Origin: a virus
Taxonomy: Duplodnaviria; Caudoviricetes
Length of the DNA: 28,909 nt
Direction: 5' to 3' (one strand)
Virus record (IMG/VR): IMGVR_UViG_3300027672_000057
Location: 1-28,909 of that record
Part shown: piece after piece, positions 16,137 to 23,978 of the stretch
Numbering within the stretch: position 1 is the first letter of the stretch
Layout of the letters: each line of letters begins with the position of its first letter
Notes under the pieces: generated by a model
What the model was told of the DNA's origin: nothing
Seen by the model: only the letters and a program-made list of their open reading frames with translations
Databases searched by the model: none
Program-made: the position numbers and the translations under genes

Positions 16137-16717
16137 TAGTAAACACAGACATTGATATTGATACAGCAAATAGAGATAAGTTGTTGACGATATTAAACGG
16201 CACTCCGGCAATGATTGCTAGAGATAATAAACAAGTTAAACATAACACTGGTGTGTATTTCCATGAGATGCCAACACACCCGTTTACAGGATTAAGCACA
16301 ATTGATCACAAAGAAGCACAAGCAATGGGCTACTTTAAGATTGACATTTTGAATGTTGGTTTATATAAAGATATTAAGACAACTGCAGAACTAGACAATT
16401 TAATGTCTATTGAACCAATGTGGGAATTATTAGAACATCAAGAAGTAGTTGAAAAGTGTTTTCATATTCATAAACACTTTAATATTGTTAAACAAATGAA
16501 GCCTACTAGCATTGGGCAATTAGCAGCAGTTCTTGCAGTTATACGTCCTGCTAAACGGCATTTAATTGGTAAAGATTGGGACACAATTAATAAAGACGTT
16601 TGGGTAAGACCAATTACTGACGAATACTTTTTCAAAAAAGCACACGCCCATGCTTATGCAGTTGCTATTGTGTTACAATTAAATATGCTTGCTACTGGCT
16701 TTTCTTTACAAGATTAA
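16133..16717 (+). CDS. Minimal DnaE (Pol III alpha, family C)-like nucleotidyltransferase domain protein
   Basis: Ordered DnaE motifs DIDID, KHNTGVY, GYFKIDIL, KPTSIGQLAAVLAVIRP, YFFKKAHAHAYA within 194 aa. Confidence 0.85.
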   Translation: MIVNTDIDIDTANRDKLLTILNGTPAMIARDNKQVKHNTGVYFHEMPTHPFTGLSTIDHKEAQAMGYFKIDILNVGLYKDIKTTAELDNLMSIEPMWELLEHQEVVEKCFHIHKHFNIVKQMKPTSIGQLAAVLAVIRPAKRHLIGKDWDTINKDVWVRPITDEYFFKKAHAHAYAVAIVLQLNMLATGFSLQD

Positions 16718-17063
16718 TACTACGCCGCTTAATACGCTTGGTAATGCTATTGCTTAATCTTACTTCCGGACCAGCTACTACTTCCATTTGTTTTACATTA
16801 AAACTTTGTACACAGTGTGCAAAGCTCCATCTATTAATTAATGCAATGTTGATAGGTAATTTTCTATTCGTTTCCCACCACCATTCTTCACCTAATTCTA
16901 AAAATTTAAGTCGTTCTTTGTCATCCCGAAGTCTTGCGTAGACATATATGCTAGCGACATGACTATCTATGTTTTGAACAACACCTAGATATTCTTTGCC
17001 TGCATATTCTACTACTGTTAAAAACGGATACTCGTCTAAGAGTTTTTGATGTTTTGTTTGCAT
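16692..17063 (-). CDS. Hypothetical phage protein
   Basis: 123 aa filling the gap between + strand genes; globular composition (YPFLT...EYLGVVQN...WWWETNRKLPIN); late-like box upstream on the minus strand. Confidence 0.8.
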   Translation of the reverse strand: MQTKHQKLLDEYPFLTVVEYAGKEYLGVVQNIDSHVASIYVYARLRDDKERLKFLELGEEWWWETNRKLPINIALINRWSFAHCVQSFNVKQMEVVAGPEVRLSNSITKRIKRRSINLVKKSQ

Positions 17064-17069
17064 TACTTC

Positions 17070-17077
17070 TATTTAGC
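17070..17077 (-). promoter_or_regulatory. Late promoter variant (minus strand)
   Basis: Minus strand reads GCTAAATA-GAAGTA-ATG. Confidence 0.5.
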
Positions 17078-17098
17078 CGTTTTCATTTGGGTGATTTT

Positions 17099-17106
17099 GA
17101 TAAATA
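17099..17106 (+). promoter_or_regulatory. Late promoter variant
   Basis: GATAAATA(C) followed by AGGAG and ATG 17126. Confidence 0.7.
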
Positions 17107-17125
17107 CAATACAGGAGTCAAACAC

Positions 17126-17959
17126 ATGTCAAATTACGGATCAACATATAATATTAACCAAGTAGGTGATCTTTTCACTTTACAGGATCATGGATCAGCA
17201 CCAGGACTAGGCAAATATGCTAGTGCTAAAGGTACATCAGTTAATAGCCCATTAAATTACAGATTTTTAAAACTGTTTCGTGGATTCGACTCTCAGTTTT
17301 TCTTCTTTATTAAGAACCAAGACAGAAAGCCAATAATGCTACAAGGCGTTACAGTAAATGCATCATTTATTGACAGAAACGACAGATCAACTGTAGTAAG
17401 TAAAAAAGCAATCATAACAGATTATACACAAGGCGCTATTAAAGTTATTTTAACTGTGGGCGAAAGTGCATTATTTTCGCAAGGATTATATGACCTTGTG
17501 TTTAGCTACACAAATGACTTAGGGCTAGTATTGCCGTTATTTTGCGATACAAACATGCGTCCTAACTATACTGTTGAATGTTCTGAAGAAGGCGATGCAC
17601 TTCCATTAACCACACAAACTAATAAAATCTTTACAGGTGCTACAGAAAATAATGTTACATATTATTACAGTAGCATGTTTAAAGCAACAGGTTATTTTAA
17701 TAAACCAAACGGACTAATTACACTAGCTGTTTACGCAACAGGCTATACAGGAAACTTTTATGTGCAAGGCGCATTAAGCGAGAATCCTACTGAAAACGAT
17801 TGGTTTGACATTACACTAGGTTCATATACAGAAGTATTCTTTCCGTACAATAGCTACACTGGCATTGATCCATGGACATTCCGCACAAATGTAAACTACA
17901 TTAGAACAAAACACACTGCACCAACTGGAACAGTGGATCAGGTAATTGTTAGAGTATAA
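17126..17959 (+). CDS. Putative virion structural protein (beta-rich, BppU-N-like first domain)
   Basis: ATG 17126 with AGGAG; T/S/G/Y/F-rich; FFIKNQDRKPIMLQG...GAIKVILT...GLYDLVF pattern. Confidence 0.65.
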   Translation: MSNYGSTYNINQVGDLFTLQDHGSAPGLGKYASAKGTSVNSPLNYRFLKLFRGFDSQFFFFIKNQDRKPIMLQGVTVNASFIDRNDRSTVVSKKAIITDYTQGAIKVILTVGESALFSQGLYDLVFSYTNDLGLVLPLFCDTNMRPNYTVECSEEGDALPLTTQTNKIFTGATENNVTYYYSSMFKATGYFNKPNGLITLAVYATGYTGNFYVQGALSENPTENDWFDITLGSYTEVFFPYNSYTGIDPWTFRTNVNYIRTKHTAPTGTVDQVIVRV

Positions 17960-17963
17960 ACAC

Positions 17964-17992
17964 TTGACAAACTGACAGTTAGAGTGTAATAT
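17964..17992 (+). promoter_or_regulatory. Sigma70-type promoter (leaderless geometry)
   Basis: TTGACA-17 nt-TAATAT, 6 nt before ATG 17999. Confidence 0.6.
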
Positions 17993-17998
17993 ATACAT

Positions 17999-19009
17999 AT
18001 GACTTTAATGAATACCTACGTTAAAACTCTAATACCAGCTAACTGGCGATCTAGCCCTAGCGGCTGGATATCTGGCAATTGTCCAATGTGTACTAGAAAT
18101 GGACAAGCTAGACCAGATACTAAAGGTAGAGGTGGGTTCTTATTTGATATAGATAAGTTTCAATATAATTGCTTCAATTGTCAATATAAAACTGGATGGA
18201 GTCCACAAAGTAAAATAACATTAAGGTTAAGACAGCTACTAACAACACTAGGCGCTGATGAAAATGATATTAATCGTATTCAGTTAGAATTGCTACGTGA
18301 CCAGGATGTAGAAACATTATTAATAAAAACTGAAAAGCGTAAAAACCTAGTTATAGATTGGGACTTAAAAGAATTACCAGAAGATACTAAACCGTTCATG
18401 GAACACGAACCAGACGAAAACTGGATAACAGCCGCAACGTACCTCACAAATCGTGGGTTTGATATTGCAGATCCTAGATTCATGTACAGTACTAGTAAAC
18501 AACATGGCAGAGTTAACAAACGATTTATCTTACCATTTACATACAAAGATAAAGTAGTTGGGTATACAGCAAGATGGGCAAGCGATACTATACCTGAAGG
18601 AATGCCTAAGTATTACAATCAACAACCTAAAAAAGACTTTGTATATGGACTAGATAGGCAGACAGCAGATAAAGAAATTGTTATTGTAACTGAAGGGCAA
18701 TTAGATGCTATTGTAACCGATGGGTGTGCAATAGGTAGTAATAATATAAACGAAGATCAAGCAGATGTATTGCATAGCTTAAATAAACACATTATTGTAT
18801 TACCAGATGCAGATGATGCTGGCAAGCTAATGTGCAGAGCAGCAATAAAACATGGATGGAATGTTGCATTCCCTGAATGGAAAGATTGCAAAGATGCATC
18901 AGATAGCTTGACAAAACACGGAAGATTGTATACAATAAAGAGTATACTAAATAGTGCGGTACATAACCCTACAAAAATTGAATTATTAATGAGAAAATAT
19001 TGCAAATGA
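17999..19009 (+). CDS. gp61: DNA primase, T4 gp61/DnaG-like
   Basis: Zn ribbon CPMC...CFNC; GYTAR, PKYYN; TOPRIM VTEGQLDA and DADDAG; KDASD. Confidence 0.93.
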   Translation: MTLMNTYVKTLIPANWRSSPSGWISGNCPMCTRNGQARPDTKGRGGFLFDIDKFQYNCFNCQYKTGWSPQSKITLRLRQLLTTLGADENDINRIQLELLRDQDVETLLIKTEKRKNLVIDWDLKELPEDTKPFMEHEPDENWITAATYLTNRGFDIADPRFMYSTSKQHGRVNKRFILPFTYKDKVVGYTARWASDTIPEGMPKYYNQQPKKDFVYGLDRQTADKEIVIVTEGQLDAIVTDGCAIGSNNINEDQADVLHSLNKHIIVLPDADDAGKLMCRAAIKHGWNVAFPEWKDCKDASDSLTKHGRLYTIKSILNSAVHNPTKIELLMRKYCK

Positions 19010-20424
19010 CAAATAACACACAACAGCCTCAAGCAAAAGAATACACAATAGACCTACAACGATTGTTTGTTGAATTTTTAGCACAAGATAAAGACTTGTT
19101 TGCTAGAGTCAATGGAATTATTGATCCAATGTTTTTTGATAGAGAACTACGCAAAGGGGTAGAGTTTATACAAGAACATTCAATGAACTATAGTGCATTA
19201 CCTACACGTGAACAAATCTTAGCAACGACAGGACTTGAACTCCAAGAACTTAAAGATGTAGACGACAGGCATCAAAAATGGTTTGTAGATGAATTTGAAA
19301 CATTCTGTAAACACAAAGCATTAGAGAGTGCAATTTTACAAAGTGCAGATTTACTTGAAAAGGGTGATTACGGTCCAGTTGAGCGTATGATTAAAGAAGC
19401 AGTTCAAATTGGGCTTGCTAAACACATGGGTACTGACTATTGGGAATCACCAGCAGAGCGTATTGAGCGTGTGCGTAATGCACGTGGCGGAACAAGCACT
19501 GGTTGGAAAGATATTGATAATAAATTATATGGTGGATTTAACAGAGGCGAACTAAATATTTTTGCAGCTCCATCAGGTGGTGGTAAGAGTTTATTTTTAC
19601 AAAACTTAGCATTGAATTGGTCTATTGCAGGATTAAATGTAGTGTATGTGTCGTTGGAGCTTAGTGAAGAACTATCTAGTATGCGATTAGATAGTATGAT
19701 TACTGGTATGGATACACGAGCAGTATTTAAAAATGTAGATGATGTAGATTTAAAAGTACGTATGCAAGGTAAAAAAGCAGGCAAGTTGCAAATTGTACAA
19801 CTTCCAAACGGTATTACAATTAACGCCATTACTAGTTACATGCGTGAATATGAAATTAAAAATGATGTTAAAATTGATGCAATTTGTATTGATTACTTAG
19901 ACCTAATGATGCCAGCGCAGAGTAAAGTTAATCCAAGTGATTTGTTTATTAAAGACAAGTTTGTATCTGAAGAAATGCGTAACTTTGCAGTAGAACATGA
20001 TATACTATTCGCAACAGCATCTCAGTTAAACAGAGCAGCAGTTGAAGAAACAGAATTTGATCACAGTCACATTGCAGGTGGGTTAAGTAAGATTCAAACA
20101 GCAGACAACGTTATTGGTATATTTACAAGTCAAGCAATGCGTGAACGTGGACGGTATCAAGTACAGTTTATGAAAACACGTAGTAGTAGTGGTGTTGGAT
20201 CTAAGGTGGACTTAAAATTTGATATAGCAGGATTACGTATTAGTGATCTAGACGAAGATGACGATGGTGGAACAATGCATCAACCGAGTGCAATGTTTGA
20301 GAAAATTAAAGCGCAAAATAAAGTGTCACATCAAGAAAAGAATATTGCAGAAAATAGTGTAGTAGGAAATTCAATAGATAGTCATGACAAATTACGCAGT
20401 ATGTTAAAAAGAAGCAATAGTTAG
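19006..20424 (+). CDS. gp41: Replicative DNA helicase, T4 gp41/DnaB-like
   Basis: STGW..ID..LYGG, Walker A APSGGGKS, SLEL, IDYLDLM, ASQLNR, KTR; ATGA overlap with primase. Confidence 0.95.
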   Translation: MTNNTQQPQAKEYTIDLQRLFVEFLAQDKDLFARVNGIIDPMFFDRELRKGVEFIQEHSMNYSALPTREQILATTGLELQELKDVDDRHQKWFVDEFETFCKHKALESAILQSADLLEKGDYGPVERMIKEAVQIGLAKHMGTDYWESPAERIERVRNARGGTSTGWKDIDNKLYGGFNRGELNIFAAPSGGGKSLFLQNLALNWSIAGLNVVYVSLELSEELSSMRLDSMITGMDTRAVFKNVDDVDLKVRMQGKKAGKLQIVQLPNGITINAITSYMREYEIKNDVKIDAICIDYLDLMMPAQSKVNPSDLFIKDKFVSEEMRNFAVEHDILFATASQLNRAAVEETEFDHSHIAGGLSKIQTADNVIGIFTSQAMRERGRYQVQFMKTRSSSGVGSKVDLKFDIAGLRISDLDEDDDGGTMHQPSAMFEKIKAQNKVSHQEKNIAENSVVGNSIDSHDKLRSMLKRSNS

Positions 20425-20431
20425 ATAAATA
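20424..20431 (+). promoter_or_regulatory. Late promoter variant
   Basis: GATAAATA(C) at the head of the late hypothetical cluster. Confidence 0.65.
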
Positions 20432-20463
20432 CTATATAGTAAATATTACTCGGAGAAAATGAC

Positions 20464-20712
20464 ATGAAAAAACGTACTCGTAGCTTATTAGAGGAAATCA
20501 ACTCTTTAGCACCAAAGAAAGATAAAACTGCGATACTTGAAAGCAGAGGTAGTAATGCGATTAGTAGCATTATTAATGTAATGGAGATGATAGACCTACA
20601 GTTTGACGAAGACACTGCTGCTGATTTACAAAAACGTATCATGTTAAGTATCAAGAATAGAGATCCAGAACGCTTTAATCGCGGCGTTAAGAAAATTAGA
20701 GGCCCTAAATGA
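20464..20712 (+). CDS. Small hypothetical protein
   Basis: 82 aa, GGAGA RBS. Confidence 0.8.
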   Translation: MKKRTRSLLEEINSLAPKKDKTAILESRGSNAISSIINVMEMIDLQFDEDTAADLQKRIMLSIKNRDPERFNRGVKKIRGPK

Positions 20713-21911
20713 ATATAAATGATATTGTAGGATCTAAAAAACGCAGACCTAGAAGTACTAGAGGCTTCAGAACAATACAAAAAGATCTATACACACCAAA
20801 TTTACAAAAATTAGCAGAAGCCGAAGGCGGTGCTAGAATTCAGCACGTAGAAGACCTCATTCTGTGGGATGCTAGTCAAGGCGCTAAAAAAGCTATTGCT
20901 ACATTACACCAAGTAGAACAACAACCAAACACAGTTACTATTAAATGGGACGGCTCACCAGCTGTTATGTTCGGAAGAAATGAAAAAGGTGAATTTGTAC
21001 TTACTGATAAAAGTGGATTCGGTGCAAAGGGATATGATGGAAAAGCAACTAGTGCTGACGGGCTAAATCAAATGTTAAGCAATCGTCCAGGCGCAAATAA
21101 TCCAGATGCTGAAAAATCACAAAACTACAAAAGATTTATAGGTCAAATGACTAGTATATGGGATAAAGTAGAAAGCTGTGTACCAGCAGATTTTAGAGGT
21201 TATGTACTTGGAGACCTACTTTGGTTTACAACACCAGAAATAAAAGATAACAAATATATATTTACACCTAACACAACAACATATTCAGTAAAAGTAGAAA
21301 GCGAAGTTGGTAAGAAAATTGCCAGTAGCGAAGTTGGTGTAGTAGTACACATGGCAGTTGGACTAGACGGCGAAAAAAGCAAAGTTGATATGACACAATT
21401 CCAAGAAGGCGCAACATTTATTATGCCGCCGGTAATGGTATCAAAAGCACCGGGTGTAGACATTCCAACAATAGACGAGTTAGAAAATTACTTAAATAAA
21501 AATGCACAAGCAATAGATAAATTGTTTGCAGTACCGCCAGAATTAAAGATGGCAGACTTTGGTAAAATACTTTATGCTTATATTAATAATAGCGTTAAAG
21601 CAGCTAATTTAGATAATCTTGGAAGTACTTTTCAAGCATACGTTGAAGGTAGTAAGTTATCAGAGCCTAAGAAGCAACGACTTATGGAATACATAAATAG
21701 TAATATAGATGGATTTAATGCAACATTTAATTTCATTAAAGGAATTATGAAAGTTAAAGATCAAGTAATTAAAGCGTTAGATGCACAAGACGCAGACGTT
21801 GAAGCATATACATCAGGCCAACGAGGCGGTGAAGGATATGTAGTAGACAAAGATGTTAAATTAGTAAATAGAGCAGGCTTTACAGCAGCTAATATGGCAA
21901 AGGAAAGATAA
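20709..21911 (+). CDS. Ligase-fold nucleotidyltransferase-like protein (DUF6267-like)
   Basis: TIKWDGS (motif I KxDG), VLGDLLW (III), GEGYVV (IV), VKLV (V). Confidence 0.7.
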   Translation: MNINDIVGSKKRRPRSTRGFRTIQKDLYTPNLQKLAEAEGGARIQHVEDLILWDASQGAKKAIATLHQVEQQPNTVTIKWDGSPAVMFGRNEKGEFVLTDKSGFGAKGYDGKATSADGLNQMLSNRPGANNPDAEKSQNYKRFIGQMTSIWDKVESCVPADFRGYVLGDLLWFTTPEIKDNKYIFTPNTTTYSVKVESEVGKKIASSEVGVVVHMAVGLDGEKSKVDMTQFQEGATFIMPPVMVSKAPGVDIPTIDELENYLNKNAQAIDKLFAVPPELKMADFGKILYAYINNSVKAANLDNLGSTFQAYVEGSKLSEPKKQRLMEYINSNIDGFNATFNFIKGIMKVKDQVIKALDAQDADVEAYTSGQRGGEGYVVDKDVKLVNRAGFTAANMAKER

Positions 21912-21912
21912 T

Positions 21913-22122
21913 ATGTTTAGTAAGAAATGTAAACAACATTTGTCAGATGTAAATATGACACGTTGGGAACATACTAAGTTTGCGGTTGGAGTTTTAGTAG
22001 AACTTAAAAAAGCAGAACTAGCACTATTATTGCACATTATTGTTCCACGTTGTTGTGAAACATATGCAAGCGATAAGATTGCATCAATGGCAAAAAATAT
22101 GGAGAGACATGATGACAGATAA
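21913..22122 (+). CDS. Small hypothetical protein (DUF6356-like)
   Basis: HL..V.MT.WEH..FA...LLLH..VP....T.AS pattern; AAGGA RBS. Confidence 0.65.
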   Translation: MFSKKCKQHLSDVNMTRWEHTKFAVGVLVELKKAELALLLHIIVPRCCETYASDKIASMAKNMERHDDR

Positions 22123-22876
22123 GAAATATACACTAGAACAATATTCAGCTATGCAAGGCGGCCACGCTATGCCCACTGAAGAAAATGGAACACAGTTATC
22201 ATTTATTCAATCTCTAGGCGAAGCTCGTATGTTTAAAACAAAACAACAAATAAAAGGTGAAGGCGCAAGAAGCTTAACAGATCATTTATTTGTAAGTATG
22301 TTAAGTTTGTATTCTATGTCTACTGATTATAAAACTGCACCTCAGGTTGCAGCATATGCAAGACGAACTAATATGTATGGCGGGTTTAACAGACCTAGTC
22401 CAAGTGGAACAGACGTATATCAAACGTTGTTTACACTTAGCAAGCCAACAGGATTAGCTGATTCTCCAGCAGACAAATTATTACTTGCTAAAGTTAATTT
22501 AGACCAACGCAAAATAAAACAATTTATGAAAATGCTAGAAACTGGAAAAGTAAATCCTGGACAAGCATCTGCATTTCTTTATAAGCTAGAAAAACAATTA
22601 GCTATAACAGATCCAAAATTAAGAGCAGCAAGACGATTAATAGGTGACTGGACAACAGCATCTACACAACAGCGTCAATTAGCAGCTACACAGTTAAACA
22701 AATATTACAGAATGTCTGCTAGAAGAAGCGACTTAAATCCAATATTTAAAAAATTCACAGATGACAACGGACTAGTAATGGGAGCTAAAAAGAAACGTTC
22801 AATTAAAGCTACTATTGCAAGAAAAGTTGGTGCATTTGCTGCAGGTTATGCTGCAGGCTCCGTTACTGGTATGTAA
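22109..22876 (+). CDS. Basic hypothetical protein, putative virion-associated
   Basis: GGAGAG then ATG 22109/22112; LGE site before ARMF; Gly/Ala-rich hydrophobic C-terminus. Confidence 0.75.
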   Translation: MMTDKKYTLEQYSAMQGGHAMPTEENGTQLSFIQSLGEARMFKTKQQIKGEGARSLTDHLFVSMLSLYSMSTDYKTAPQVAAYARRTNMYGGFNRPSPSGTDVYQTLFTLSKPTGLADSPADKLLLAKVNLDQRKIKQFMKMLETGKVNPGQASAFLYKLEKQLAITDPKLRAARRLIGDWTTASTQQRQLAATQLNKYYRMSARRSDLNPIFKKFTDDNGLVMGAKKKRSIKATIARKVGAFAAGYAAGSVTGM

Positions 22877-22879
22877 ATA

Positions 22880-23317
22880 ATGACAACTAGCAACGTGGCT
22901 GTAGATGTTTATACTGTTTATACATTAATTGATATTACCGATTCTGGCATATTAACACCTAAGACTGATGTTACTGGATTCTTTCAAGCACAAAATTTAA
23001 ATACATTTATACAAAGCATAGGCATCCGGTCTCAACCATTAGAGACTAGTGTTAGTATGGTAAGTGCAGAAGATGTAGAATTATATGAATTTGGTAAAGA
23101 GTTTACTGGATTACATGATATATGGATTATTACATTTAAAAGTGACACAGCAGAAGCTTGGAAAAGTGTAAACAATGATGTATACTTATTACAACAAGAT
23201 TTAGATAATACACCTATTCATTCTCCATTGAATGAAACTGCATTTATTGCGGACGATATTATTAAAACAAAGGGTGTGTTAAAAAACACATACTTTAAAA
23301 TTAGTCACAAGGCATAA
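22880..23317 (+). CDS. Hypothetical protein
   Basis: 145-aa ORF tightly packed in the operon. Confidence 0.75.
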   Translation: MTTSNVAVDVYTVYTLIDITDSGILTPKTDVTGFFQAQNLNTFIQSIGIRSQPLETSVSMVSAEDVELYEFGKEFTGLHDIWIITFKSDTAEAWKSVNNDVYLLQQDLDNTPIHSPLNETAFIADDIIKTKGVLKNTYFKISHKA

Positions 23318-23320
23318 ATA
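23313..23320 (+). promoter_or_regulatory. Late promoter variant
   Basis: CATAAATACAATATA, identical 15-mer at 26081. Confidence 0.7.
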
Positions 23321-23395
23321 CAATATAAGTATAATGATATACTTATTTTAAATCAGCTCTTTTTAAGACGCTGCTAAAGATTGTGAGAGCAAAAT

Positions 23396-23680
23396 ATGGC
23401 AATGAATCAGTCAAGACTTGAGCGTGAAAATCTAGAGGCACATGTAGACTTATGTGCGGAGAGATATCGCGTGTTAGAAGAAAAATTAAACAGATTAGAA
23501 TCCAAGGTTGACTCCTTGACAGATTCAGTAACAAAGATGGCAGAGAAACAAACATCTAGTACATTATCAAGTAACAAATTGATAATTGGAGCCGGAGCTA
23601 CAGTAATTGCAGGATTGCTTTCAACTGTAGTGCTATTGCTAATTAATATGCAATCAGCAGGCGTGATTGTAGGTGGATAA
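23396..23680 (+). CDS. Coiled-coil protein with C-terminal transmembrane helix (holin/XhlA-like architecture)
   Basis: Heptads LEEKLNRLESKVDSL, then LIIGAGATVIAGLLSTVVLLLI. Confidence 0.7.
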   Translation: MAMNQSRLERENLEAHVDLCAERYRVLEEKLNRLESKVDSLTDSVTKMAEKQTSSTLSSNKLIIGAGATVIAGLLSTVVLLLINMQSAGVIVGG

Positions 23681-23686
23681 GTAGTT

Positions 23687-23974
23687 ATGTTACTAAATGA
23701 ATCATACAATACTATTGTTTCAGAAGCAAAGGTAGTATTTGCTAAACGAGGAAATTCAGTAGCGAGAAAGTTTCGCTGTACTGTAGGCCCACGTAAAGGC
23801 AGAGTAGTAGCAAAACCAGGCCAATGTGCAGCTCCTATAAATCTTAAAAAGAGATTTATATTAAAAAGAACAAAAGCTGCAAAAGGCGCAAGAATGAATA
23901 AGAAGGCACAACGTACAAAACGATTGAGCCCAGCTAGCCGCATTGTAGCTAGATTAAATAAGTCGAGAGGATAA
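23687..23974 (+). CDS. Small very basic protein
   Basis: 95 aa, K/R-rich after a short acidic N-terminus MLLNE...IVSE. Confidence 0.8.
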   Translation: MLLNESYNTIVSEAKVVFAKRGNSVARKFRCTVGPRKGRVVAKPGQCAAPINLKKRFILKRTKAAKGARMNKKAQRTKRLSPASRIVARLNKSRG

Positions 23975-23978
23975 GGTA

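Noticed and set aside
16133-16717. Mini-DnaE as a pseudogene or split-intein fragment
   Set aside because: Open frame, coupled start, motifs retained in order, no intein terminal residues and no adjacent DnaE remnants seen
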